A stretch of DNA of 64,000 nt from Verrucomicrobiota bacterium (GTDB taxonomy: Bacteria; Verrucomicrobiota; Verrucomicrobiia; Limisphaerales; AAA164-E04). Position 1 is the stretch's first letter; each line of letters opens with the position of its first letter. The notes beneath the pieces are model-generated. The model was not told the origin of the DNA. It made no database searches and was given only the letters and a program-made list of their open reading frames with translations. Location: assembly GCA_047947115.1 (NCBI GenBank), contig CP170459.1, positions 3,488,001-3,552,000 on the forward strand, read 5' to 3'. Positions 1 to 8,806 of the stretch are shown one piece after another. The translations under genes were made by a program, and so were the position numbers.

Positions 1-804
1 TTGGGCCGCAGATCGAATCCAGTTGTCGCCCAGTAAATAGGAGCCGGTGCGGATGCCCCTAGCGTCAAAGTAGGTCCTTCCCCACAATCCTTCCTTCTCG
101 GCTTGGATCGCTTTGTCAACAAGCCCTTTGGCTATCTCCGGAGTCGGTCCGTCCAGTCGGCTGACAATCATGACGCCGTTCTCCGGATGGAGATCCGTGG
201 CTTTTTGCGTGGCATAAAGCGGGTTTTCGATGGGGCCGGCCAACACAAGGCGCTTGGGATCCCGACCGAACCAGGACAGTTCATGATCCACTGCGGCACC
301 GTTGAATCGGAGTTCCACGCGCATGGATTCCGTGGCGTCTTCATGCAGATTCGGATCGCCTTCAATGCGTACTGGAATGCCGTAACAGAGGACCAGATAG
401 CGGATCTTGGATTTTTGAAGATTCTGATACACCGTTCCCGGACGTTCGCGTGTTGCCGGGACGATTTCGTAATCGGTGTCAAAGAATTCCCGATCCTTGA
501 ATATCTGAAACAGGGGATCGTGCAATGTTTCGTTGAAATCTTTGCGGGAAATGGTTTCCTCTTTGCTCAATTCAAGCCCGATCAGGTGGTTCTCCGGGAT
601 ATTTCGAACGTCGGCATAATGATTCGCCACAGATTTGGATTCCGGCATGGCGCTGTTGTAAATCACCACCACACTTTTCTCCACGCCCGTTACTTCCGCT
701 CTGAGGACCACTGATGCGGCGAGGTTGATGCCGGCCAGGATCAGGTAGATCAGGTGGCTGGATGCCAATGAATTGTAGAAACGGTCAAGTGAATGGGAAT
801 GCAT
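1..804 (-). CDS. TIGR03790-family protein (partial, runs off the window start)
   Basis: Not in the ORF track; translated by hand from ATG 804: MHSHSLDRF...VVVIYNSAMPESKSVANHYADVRNIPENHLIGL...IRYLVLCYGIPVRI...SRLDGPTPEIAKGLVDKAIQAE...YFDARG. Open to base 1; starts 5 nt after the stop of the upstream MBL gene. Confidence 0.75.
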   Translation of the reverse strand, partial: MHSHSLDRFYNSLASSHLIYLILAGINLAASVVLRAEVTGVEKSVVVIYNSAMPESKSVANHYADVRNIPENHLIGLELSKEETISRKDFNETLHDPLFQIFKDREFFDTDYEIVPATRERPGTVYQNLQKSKIRYLVLCYGIPVRIEGDPNLHEDATESMRVELRFNGAAVDHELSWFGRDPKRLVLAGPIENPLYATQKATDLHPENGVMIVSRLDGPTPEIAKGLVDKAIQAEKEGLWGRTYFDARGIRTGSYLLGDNWIRSAAQ

Positions 805-808
805 GATA

Positions 809-1633
809 TCAACTCAAAACAGATTGAGGCGTAATCGCCAGTTTTAATCCATCATATGCCAGGCTCACCCCGGGCGGTAACTCGGCCTGATGAAGGTCGT
901 GATCGTAATCGTGTGTCAAATGAGTGAACCAGGTCTGCTCCGCGCCAATGCGTCTGGCTGTGGTAAGTGCTTCGTCGTAGCACATGTGAGTCGGGTGAGG
1001 CTGGAAACGCAAAGCATCCAAAACGACCACAGGGATCCCTTGGACCTGTTCGATGATCTTCTCAGGGACTTCTTTGCAATCGGTGAGATATGCCAGCAAG
1101 GGATTGCCTCCGATGCTGAAGATGTAGCCGAAAGAAGTCATTTTACCGTGGGGCAACGGCGCCGGTGTGATATCAAGGTTTCCAATGGAAAACGGTCCGT
1201 CCACCGTTCTTGGGTCGGGATGAAAATACCCTTTGAAGATGGGGCCTCCATGAAAGGCGTATTCGAACACCCGTTTGATGTGTTTAAAAGCTTCCGCGCT
1301 GGCGTAGACTGGCAGGGGCTTGTCTGCTTGATGACAAAAGCGGCGGCAATCGTCCATACCCATAATATGGTCGGCGTGCGCGTGGGTGATTAATACGGCA
1401 TCCACCTGCTTGATGCCCTCCCGTAATACCTGAATACGCATTTCAGGGGTCGTGTCCACCAACAGTCGCACCTGGCTGGTCTCTACATAAATGGATGGGC
1501 GTGTACGGTGGTTCTTGGGGTTGGCCAGGTACTCTTCAGGATAGTCCGCTCCGATGATGGGCACTCCCTGAGAGGTTCCGGATCCCAAAAACACGACATT
1601 TAACTGCTCATCTGTCAATTCTGTGTCTGTCAT
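809..1633 (-). CDS. MBL-fold metallo-hydrolase, PhnP/YycJ-like phosphodiesterase
   Basis: [11 protein letters not shown] start, THAHADH metal motif, YLTDC, HPTHM, THLTH, LAYDGL end. Confidence 0.9.
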   Translation of the reverse strand: MTDTELTDEQLNVVFLGSGTSQGVPIIGADYPEEYLANPKNHRTRPSIYVETSQVRLLVDTTPEMRIQVLREGIKQVDAVLITHAHADHIMGMDDCRRFCHQADKPLPVYASAEAFKHIKRVFEYAFHGGPIFKGYFHPDPRTVDGPFSIGNLDITPAPLPHGKMTSFGYIFSIGGNPLLAYLTDCKEVPEKIIEQVQGIPVVVLDALRFQPHPTHMCYDEALTTARRIGAEQTWFTHLTHDYDHDLHQAELPPGVSLAYDGLKLAITPQSVLS

Positions 1634-1694
1634 TTACGTTTTAACTTGGCGAAAACCTAGCACGGAAGGCAAATTGGTCACGATCTTTTATTCG

Positions 1695-3386
1695 ATGTTA
1701 ACCACGCTGCGCATCAAGAATCTTGCCCTGGTAACCGATCTGACACTGGAACTCAGACCGGGGTTCAATATTGTCTCCGGTGAAACCGGGGCCGGTAAAT
1801 CCATTATTATCGGGGCCTTGAACCTGATTCTCGGGCAGCGCGCGGATCGATCACTCATCCGTTCGGGGGCGGATCAGAGTGTAGTGGAGGCCGTGTTTGA
1901 GGTTAAACCGATCAAATCACTGCTGGACCCCGTCCTGGATGATCTGGGGCTTGAGCCCTGCGAGGACGGGGTGTTGATTCTTAAACGGTCCATCAAGGCG
2001 GTTGGGGCAAATCGACAGTTCGTCAACGGATCTCCCACCACCCTCGAGGCATTGGAACACGTGGGCCAGTTTCTGGTGGACATGCATGGCCCACATGATC
2101 ATCAATCCCTGCTGGATGGCGCCCGCCAGTTGGAGATCCTGGACGCCTATGGCAATCTGGAACCCCTTCGACAGGCATTTGAGGATTGTCTGATGGAATG
2201 GCGGCACTTGGAAAACCACAAGGCCTCACTCTTTGTCGATGAACAAACCTATGCGCAACAGCTGGAGTTGCTCAGGCATCAGGTTCGGGAAATCGAATCG
2301 GCCCAGCTCGATCCCAAAGCCGAGGAAGAACTCGAAGCGAATTACGAGCGAACCCTAAACGCGGCAAAGTTGCTGGAGCTTGGACAGGGAGCACTCTATG
2401 CATTGAACGAACAGGATGGATCCCTCTGGGATATCTCCGGATCGATCGGGCGCGCCATTGATTCCATTTCCTCACTGGATGGACGGGGGAGCGAATTGCA
2501 TGAGTTGCACCAACAATGCACCCAGAGTGTGGCCGATTTGGAACAGGCTCTCTCCAACTACGTGGACGGGTTGGATCTGGATCCCGCGATGCTGCACGAG
2601 ATGGAGGAACGTATTTCGGTCATACAATCGTTGAAGCGCAAGTATGGGCCAACACTCGAACAGGTTATTGAATTCGGTAAAAAAGCGGCTGCCAAGCTGG
2701 AAGAGTTGGAGTCTCGCGAAGAGACCCTGGCTCATTTGAACGCCGACATTGAAAAGCAGATGTCCAAGTTATCTGCGGCAGGAAAAAAACTGTCCAGGGC
2801 GAGGCAGGCATTGATTCCCGATTTGAACAAGGCGGTCGTTGCCGAGTTGAAGGACCTTGGATTCAAACAAAGCCGCTTTGATGCAAGCTTGACCACCCAG
2901 CCTGTTCTGTCCAGCAAGACCGGACACATTCAGGCGACCGTGACCGGTCTGGATAAAATCGATTTCCAATTCGGTCCCAATCCAGGCGAGCCCATCCGTC
3001 CGCTCAAGCTGATTGCTTCGTCCGGTGAAATGGCACGTGTGATGTTGGCGTTAAAATCCGTTCTCGCCGAACAGGACCGCGTGCCTTTACTGGTATTCGA
3101 CGAGGTGGATGCCAATGTGGGCGGCGAGACAGGAAAGGTGGTGGGTGAAAAGATGAAGCAAATCGGTCAACGCCATCAGGTGATTTGTATTACCCACCTC
3201 GCTCCCGTGGCTGCTGCCGCCCCTCATCATTTTTTGGTGGAAAAGATCGAGAAAGACGGACGCACCGTGTCGGAAATCAACGAACTTTCAACCAAGGACC
3301 GTGTGTTAGAAATTGCACGCATGCTGGGTAGTGGCGGTAAAGCGGCCATCAAACACGCCAAAGCTTTGCTGGCCGGCGAGGAATAA
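1695..3386 (+). CDS. recN: DNA repair protein RecN
   Basis: MLTTLRIKNLALV start (ATG 1695), Walker A SGETGAGKS, DMHGPHDHQSL, coiled coil, signature ASSGEMARVMLALK, Walker B FDEVD, CITHL. Confidence 0.97.
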   Translation: MLTTLRIKNLALVTDLTLELRPGFNIVSGETGAGKSIIIGALNLILGQRADRSLIRSGADQSVVEAVFEVKPIKSLLDPVLDDLGLEPCEDGVLILKRSIKAVGANRQFVNGSPTTLEALEHVGQFLVDMHGPHDHQSLLDGARQLEILDAYGNLEPLRQAFEDCLMEWRHLENHKASLFVDEQTYAQQLELLRHQVREIESAQLDPKAEEELEANYERTLNAAKLLELGQGALYALNEQDGSLWDISGSIGRAIDSISSLDGRGSELHELHQQCTQSVADLEQALSNYVDGLDLDPAMLHEMEERISVIQSLKRKYGPTLEQVIEFGKKAAAKLEELESREETLAHLNADIEKQMSKLSAAGKKLSRARQALIPDLNKAVVAELKDLGFKQSRFDASLTTQPVLSSKTGHIQATVTGLDKIDFQFGPNPGEPIRPLKLIASSGEMARVMLALKSVLAEQDRVPLLVFDEVDANVGGETGKVVGEKMKQIGQRHQVICITHLAPVAAAAPHHFLVEKIEKDGRTVSEINELSTKDRVLEIARMLGSGGKAAIKHAKALLAGEE

Positions 3387-3394
3387 TACAACTC

Positions 3395-3572
3395 GGAGAA
3401 GAGCAAGCTCCCGTTTGCGCACACTTCAGACCTTGTGGCGTTCAGGATCCGTTAAGTGTGCGAAGGAAACGCGGTTGGTGTTCGGGAACCGAGATCTACC
3501 CGCGTTCCGTGGTTTTTTGGTTGGCGATACTTTGAGGGAGAAGTTTGGGATCGAGGTGGAACTCGTCCCTCC
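3395..3572. repeat. Diverged solo copy of the ~177-bp REP-doublet element
   Basis: Begins GGAG and ends CTCC. Shares CACTTC.GACCTTGTGGCGTT, TCT.CCCGCGTTCCG and AAGT.TGGGA.CG.GGTGG.AC.CGTCCCTCC with the array unit at 12591-12767, in the same order. Confidence 0.8.
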
Positions 3573-3581
3573 ATTTTAATG

Positions 3582-3613
3582 AAAAAGCGGGAAGGCATTG
3601 CCTTCCCGCTTTG
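3582..3613. terminator. Intrinsic terminator between convergent recN and LamG gene
   Basis: AAAAAGCGGGAAGGCA-T-TGCCTTCCCGCTTT inverted repeat with A/T tails. Confidence 0.8.
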
Positions 3614-3636
3614 TGATTTCAAATGATGTGCCTCGA

Positions 3637-6600
3637 CTAGTTTGGTGCAACCACCACATTGTCGATGTAGAACCCGGCGCCTTCACCCACACTGTCGGTC
3701 ACCAATCGGAATTCGAGACGAATCTTTCTTCCAGCGTTGGCTCCTGCAAGGCGAACACTTCGGTCCGTCCAGGCATTGGTGGCTCCGGCCATGACCCATA
3801 CCTGTTCGATCAGGTTACCCGATTCATCGAGTACGTTGACACTGACATTGTGGAATTCAATGTCCGTATCCACCTGATGAAATTCGGAGAAAGTCAGGTT
3901 GGCGATCGGTACTTCGGTCAAATCGATGACCGGCGACAGCAACCACGCATCGGAATTTTGCTCGAAATTTCCGTCCAGATCCGTTGCATAGGCATTGCTG
4001 CCTGAGGCGGCACCGTTGGGGCCGGAAGTCGGTGTTCCCAGTTCCCATTCGTCCTGACTGCCACCATGTGTCCAGCCGGGAGCTCCGGATTCGAAGTCGT
4101 CTTCAAATACAGGCGGCGGCGGCAGTGAAACGATTTGATAGAAGCCAGCGCTTTCCGGTGCGGCGAATGTGGTGGTGAAGTTCCCATCCCCCAAGTCCTG
4201 CATGTTCAATCCCTCGAGATCACTCCAGGGATCGTTGATGCTTGCTTTGGCTTGTACAGCGTGGGTGCGGGTTGTGAATGGCGTGAAGAAGTTCAACGTC
4301 AAGTTGCCTCCGTCAGCGCCAAGTGATTGAATGGATATGGGGTCCAGCTCTTCCGATAAGGGTTTGCCGCTTAATCCATTGGCGTAAATGGACAGGATGT
4401 CGTTGTTGGACAGAGCGCGTTGCCAGATACCCAGGTCATCCATGCCGCCTTGGTATGGGCGGTTGATCCAATTATCATCCTCGATTTCATAATTCCCCAA
4501 TACGAGCGGCAATGAGGTCAATTCACCTAATTGTCCTTTTACGGGGGCGCCTACAGGTTCTCCATTCTTGTACCACTGGATGGTTCCGTTGCGGGCGACA
4601 TAGGCGAAGTGCTGCCAAAGCTCGGCATCCACTGTTCCCCCCGGCGAAGAGTAGGGGGTTTTGCCGATGCCATGCACGCGGGCGACACCCCCATTGATCA
4701 ACACGAAGTCGTAGTTGACGTCCTTGCGAATCACGCGATCAAAGTCGGAACCCCCGGAGAATAGAACCGGGTTCAACCAAACAGACACCGTGGCTTCGGC
4801 TGCCAGGTTCAATGAATCACTGTGGGGCACTTCTCCGAAATCGTTGTCACCATCAAAGAACAAAGCGCCGCCAATCACTCCTGGCTGGTAAGCTCCTTCT
4901 TCAAAGTTTACCAGCGTGGCGCTGTTGTTGTTGCCGCTGGAGTCTTCCAAAGTGGTTCCCGATGTTTCGTCAAAGGTCAGGTGCAGTGCCAATCCACTGG
5001 TGATCGATCCCAACTCTTCCACCGTGAGCACGGCAGGTTCGCTGATGGTACTGCCTTTGGCGTTTGAGATTTCAACCGTGTAGGCACCTGCATCGGCGGG
5101 AAGGATACGGGTGAGGGTGAATTGACGTCCGGTTGCTCCATCAATGGCTTGTCCTTTGTGCATCCATTGATAGGAAACCGGTCGAAGTCCTGTAGCGACG
5201 ACACTGAATGTGGTGGAAGTTCCTTCCAGTTTCTTTTGTCCTGCCGGCTGTACTTCGACAACAGGTGCTCCTGCAATATCTTTGCCAGCAAGTTCCAGCA
5301 CTTCGGCTTCACTGATGGGACGTTGCCAGATGGACAACTCATCGAGTGTTCCATTCAGGTAACGGAGAGCGGTGTCCACGTCATCATAAGATCCGATCGT
5401 CAGAGGCAGATCATTGGGGACACCGAGGGTTCCGTCGGCGGGGTCCGCCATGGGGATGCCGTTGCGATAGAGGGTGACCGTGCCGTTTCGGTAAACCACG
5501 GTGATGTGCTGCCATTCCTCAAGCTGTATGGATCCTTGCGGGGCATTGATCTCCCAACCGCCTTTCGCCACACCGCCACCATCATTGCCAGTACCGGCCC
5601 GAACCGTGAATGTGCGGGTAACCGTGCCCGGATCATTGACGATGCGGAGGCCAAGGTGGTTGCCTTTTCGAAGGATATAGCTGGATTCACGTGTGTAGTT
5701 GCCGGCGTCTTCAATTTCTCCATAGGAGCGAAGATTGACCCAGAACGCGATGGAAGCCTCTCCTGTCAAAGCGTTCAATGAATCGCTGTCGGCAACTGCG
5801 ACAAACGCTCCAGCCCCGTCAAAATCAAGTCCATTATCCACTTGTGCGTTGGTAAATCCGTTGCCGGCAAAACCGAGCAGTTCGCCATCATTGCCGTTGG
5901 ACGAACCATCGGCTGCCGTTCCGCCGTTGCTTTCGTTGAAACTCCAGTACGCGACGCGTCCGGTATCCAGTCCGGTAACCGGAGTGACAGTAACCGTCGC
6001 GGAATCGCTGCGGATTTCCCCGGCGTCATTACTGATCACGACGCTGTAATCACCTGCATCGGCCGTGGTGACATCGGTGATCAACAAGGTGTCGGTTGTT
6101 TGTGAACGAAGGATTTCATCGCCGCGATACCAGAGGTAGCGCAGGGGAGGGGCTCCATCGCCGCTTGCTTTCAAATTGAGAGTGCTCCCTTCGAACACGA
6201 TGGCGGATTGTGGATGGCTTACAACCGAAGGCGGACCTTCGGGTTCGCTGCCTGCAATGATGGTGCCGATCTCAGCTGCGTCGAGAGCTCTATTGTAAAT
6301 CAACAATTGATCCATCGCCCCATTGAAGTGATTGCCGCTGTCATCTGAACCGATGTAAAGTGTCATTTGAGCGTCGTCGATGGGGCCGCTTGAGTCTACG
6401 GAACCCTTGAGTTCGCCATCGATATAAATGTGGGCTTGTGAGCCGTCAAACACACCGGCAATGTGATGCCAGACATCCGCATCAAAGGATTGACCGGAAG
6501 TAGCAGTTCGATTGGCTCCACCATCTTTGATGAGGAAGTTCATGCCACCATTACCGACCCCTTGGAGAAAGAAGTAGCTGTTACCCTTTTCCAGCATGCG

Positions 6601-6960
6601 GTTTCCGGCGCCACCCGCATCCAGAGGCACGTTGGATTTGAACCAGGTCATGATGGTCATGGCGGTGTTGATGTCGCCTCCTATGGCCGGATCATCCGGA
6701 ACTTCGATGTGATTGCTTCCGTTGAAGGCAATCGCGCCGCCATCCCTTCCGACCAACCAGTGGGACGAGTCGTTGTCGAAACCAATCAAGTCTCCGTTCA
6801 ATCCGTTGACGCTTTCGGAAGCAACCAAGCCGCTCGTTTCGTCGAAGTCCCATTGGGCCACGAGGCCGTCGGAGACCGCCGGCTGGGCTGCTGAAGCTGG
6901 CAAGGTATACACGCCTGCCAGAGCGACTGCAATAGCCGCATTACGTAGTGTTCGTTTCAT
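3637..6960 (-). CDS. Secreted LamG-like jellyroll (x3) / Ig-like (x2) surface protein with a C-terminal beta-sandwich domain
   Basis: Signal peptide (...LPASA); three LamG-type units (LVAQWDFDE...WHHIAGVFDG...YIDGEL...MDQLLIYNRAL); Ig segments (SHPQSAIVFEGS...YLWYR...DAGDYSVVISN); final FEDDFESGAPGW...WELGTP...GFYIDNV domain. Confidence 0.85.
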   Translation of the reverse strand: MKRTLRNAAIAVALAGVYTLPASAAQPAVSDGLVAQWDFDETSGLVASESVNGLNGDLIGFDNDSSHWLVGRDGGAIAFNGSNHIEVPDDPAIGGDINTAMTIMTWFKSNVPLDAGGAGNRMLEKGNSYFFLQGVGNGGMNFLIKDGGANRTATSGQSFDADVWHHIAGVFDGSQAHIYIDGELKGSVDSSGPIDDAQMTLYIGSDDSGNHFNGAMDQLLIYNRALDAAEIGTIIAGSEPEGPPSVVSHPQSAIVFEGSTLNLKASGDGAPPLRYLWYRGDEILRSQTTDTLLITDVTTADAGDYSVVISNDAGEIRSDSATVTVTPVTGLDTGRVAYWSFNESNGGTAADGSSNGNDGELLGFAGNGFTNAQVDNGLDFDGAGAFVAVADSDSLNALTGEASIAFWVNLRSYGEIEDAGNYTRESSYILRKGNHLGLRIVNDPGTVTRTFTVRAGTGNDGGGVAKGGWEINAPQGSIQLEEWQHITVVYRNGTVTLYRNGIPMADPADGTLGVPNDLPLTIGSYDDVDTALRYLNGTLDELSIWQRPISEAEVLELAGKDIAGAPVVEVQPAGQKKLEGTSTTFSVVATGLRPVSYQWMHKGQAIDGATGRQFTLTRILPADAGAYTVEISNAKGSTISEPAVLTVEELGSITSGLALHLTFDETSGTTLEDSSGNNNSATLVNFEEGAYQPGVIGGALFFDGDNDFGEVPHSDSLNLAAEATVSVWLNPVLFSGGSDFDRVIRKDVNYDFVLINGGVARVHGIGKTPYSSPGGTVDAELWQHFAYVARNGTIQWYKNGEPVGAPVKGQLGELTSLPLVLGNYEIEDDNWINRPYQGGMDDLGIWQRALSNNDILSIYANGLSGKPLSEELDPISIQSLGADGGNLTLNFFTPFTTRTHAVQAKASINDPWSDLEGLNMQDLGDGNFTTTFAAPESAGFYQIVSLPPPPVFEDDFESGAPGWTHGGSQDEWELGTPTSGPNGAASGSNAYATDLDGNFEQNSDAWLLSPVIDLTEVPIANLTFSEFHQVDTDIEFHNVSVNVLDESGNLIEQVWVMAGATNAWTDRSVRLAGANAGRKIRLEFRLVTDSVGEGAGFYIDNVVVAPN

Positions 6961-7022
6961 GCTGATAGCAGTTAGTGATTTGTAGTTCTGGATAAGAGTT
7001 TTGATTCAATCAGATTCAGGGT

Positions 7023-7094
7023 TGATGCGCAAGGGGAAGATTGAGCCCTCACAGGCTCCAAGCACCGGTAGGACGTGCTGTCCCCGGCGCGTCA
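7023..7094. other. Candidate structured RNA (multi-stem junction) in a divergent intergenic region
   Basis: Nested pairings by eye: 7023-7030/7087-7094, 7033-7037/7081-7085, 7043-7047/7054-7058, 7061-7065/7075-7079. Confidence 0.35.
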
Positions 7095-7267
7095 CCTTGT
7101 AGTATCCATAGGTTCGAAACAGGCTCGTTTTGGGAAGCCTGTGGTATTTGAATACCCTCATCCATCCATCATTGCACAGGACGGGATGATCAAATCTACC
7201 TTGCCGCCCCAACGCGTGCACAGTATTGGCCTGACGTGGTGTGTTTCCTTCACTATGATCAAAGCCC

Positions 7268-8806
7268 ATGAAAAAACGGTTCTTTTGGGTGTTTCTGATG
7301 TGTTGGTGTTTTGTCGTGAAGTCTTTCGCAACGGATAAGAACTTCTACGGCATTCGAGCGGTGGATGCTCAAACCAAACGTGGAGTTCCATTGATAGCAT
7401 TAAAGACCGTGCACCATGTTTCTTATTGGACGGATAGCTTGGGGTATGTGGTGGTGGACGAACCCGGGTGGTATGATCGGGAGGTTTACTTTTATGTGAG
7501 CGGTGATGGATATGAGGTGGCCACGGATGGCTTCGGATATCAAGGAGTGCGCCTGAAACCCAGGGCTGGTCAAATCGATGAAATCGTCGTCCGACGCACT
7601 CAATTGGCTGAGAGGATGTATCGCATCACGGGTGCGGACAAATATCGAAATGCGCAGTTGCTGGGGATTGATTTGCCTTATGAGAGTTCATGGCCGGATG
7701 GAAATGTGGTCGGCCAGGATTCCGCCCAGGCAAAGGTTTATAATGATCGCATATATTGGTTCTGGGGAGATACGTCGATTTTTCGATATCCTTTGGGCAA
7801 TTTTAGAACTGCAGGGGCTTATTCCCTGAAATCCGGGCAAGGTGGTCTTTCACCGGCTCAAGGGATTTTGTTGAACTATTTCGTTGACGAAAACGGAACG
7901 AACGCCGGGATGTGTCCGATGCCTCCGAATGGAAATCTGATTTGGATCGATGGATTACTGGTGGTGAAAGATGCAAATGGTAAAGAAAGAATGGTGGCGC
8001 ACTATTCCAAGCGAAAATCATTGTCGGAACAAATGGAACATGGCCTGGTTGTTTTTGATGATACGACCCAGCGATTCGGGTTGTTGAAAACATTCGAACA
8101 GGAAAATACTTGGCAACATCCCCGAGGGCATCCGATACGTGTTGCTTTTCCCGAGGGTGATTTCTTTGTTTTCGGAGATGTATACTATCACATCCGTGTG
8201 CCGGCTGATTGGGAAGCTGTTCAGGATCCAAACCAATATGAAAGTTTCGGACCGGACGATAGTGGTTCGTTGCATCTTCAATGGCGAAAAGGCAAACCGC
8301 CTCTGACGGTGAAACAAGAGCGAGCAGGCATTGATTCAGCTTCCATGCCTGAGGGCGACGCCTGGTTGCAGCCGAAGGATGTGATGACAGGGATGCCCAT
8401 CGTTCTCCACCGTGGCTCCGTTCGGTGGAACAAGCATCGTCAAATGTATATCATGATTGCCAATCAGATCGGTGGTGACTCCATGTTGGGTGAGGTTTGG
8501 TATGGAGAAGCCTCACGCCCGGAAGGTCCATGGCAAAAGGTAATCAAGGTGGCAAGTCACGCAGACTATTCCTACTACAATCCAGTGCACCGTGAATTCT
8601 TCGATCAGGAAGGCGGACGGATGATTTACTTTGAAGGCACCTACGTGACGACCTTCTCAGGAAATGAGCATCCCGTGCCACGTTACGATTATAATCAATT
8701 GATGTATCGCCTGGATCTGGATCATCCGGGTTTGGCCGATGTGCGACAGGCCTATGACGAGCGAGGCCAGAATGGTCGGGGTGTCACTTGCTCTCCGGCT
8801 GAATGA
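7268..8806 (+). CDS. Secreted hypothetical protein, probable beta-propeller/glycosidase-like (PVC-type)
   Basis: 512-aa ORF with signal peptide and motifs GQDS...IYWFWGDT, SYYNPVH, IYFEGTY, RYDYNQLMYRLDL. Its 3' end overlaps the convergent gene by 23 bp. Confidence 0.7.
   Translation: MKKRFFWVFLMCWCFVVKSFATDKNFYGIRAVDAQTKRGVPLIALKTVHHVSYWTDSLGYVVVDEPGWYDREVYFYVSGDGYEVATDGFGYQGVRLKPRAGQIDEIVVRRTQLAERMYRITGADKYRNAQLLGIDLPYESSWPDGNVVGQDSAQAKVYNDRIYWFWGDTSIFRYPLGNFRTAGAYSLKSGQGGLSPAQGILLNYFVDENGTNAGMCPMPPNGNLIWIDGLLVVKDANGKERMVAHYSKRKSLSEQMEHGLVVFDDTTQRFGLLKTFEQENTWQHPRGHPIRVAFPEGDFFVFGDVYYHIRVPADWEAVQDPNQYESFGPDDSGSLHLQWRKGKPPLTVKQERAGIDSASMPEGDAWLQPKDVMTGMPIVLHRGSVRWNKHRQMYIMIANQIGGDSMLGEVWYGEASRPEGPWQKVIKVASHADYSYYNPVHREFFDQEGGRMIYFEGTYVTTFSGNEHPVPRYDYNQLMYRLDLDHPGLADVRQAYDERGQNGRGVTCSPAE

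Noticed and set aside
103..714. 203-aa plus-strand ORF and similar antisense ORFs throughout (e.g. 39498-40418, 38036-39031)
   Set aside because: They are shadows of well-supported genes on the opposite strand.
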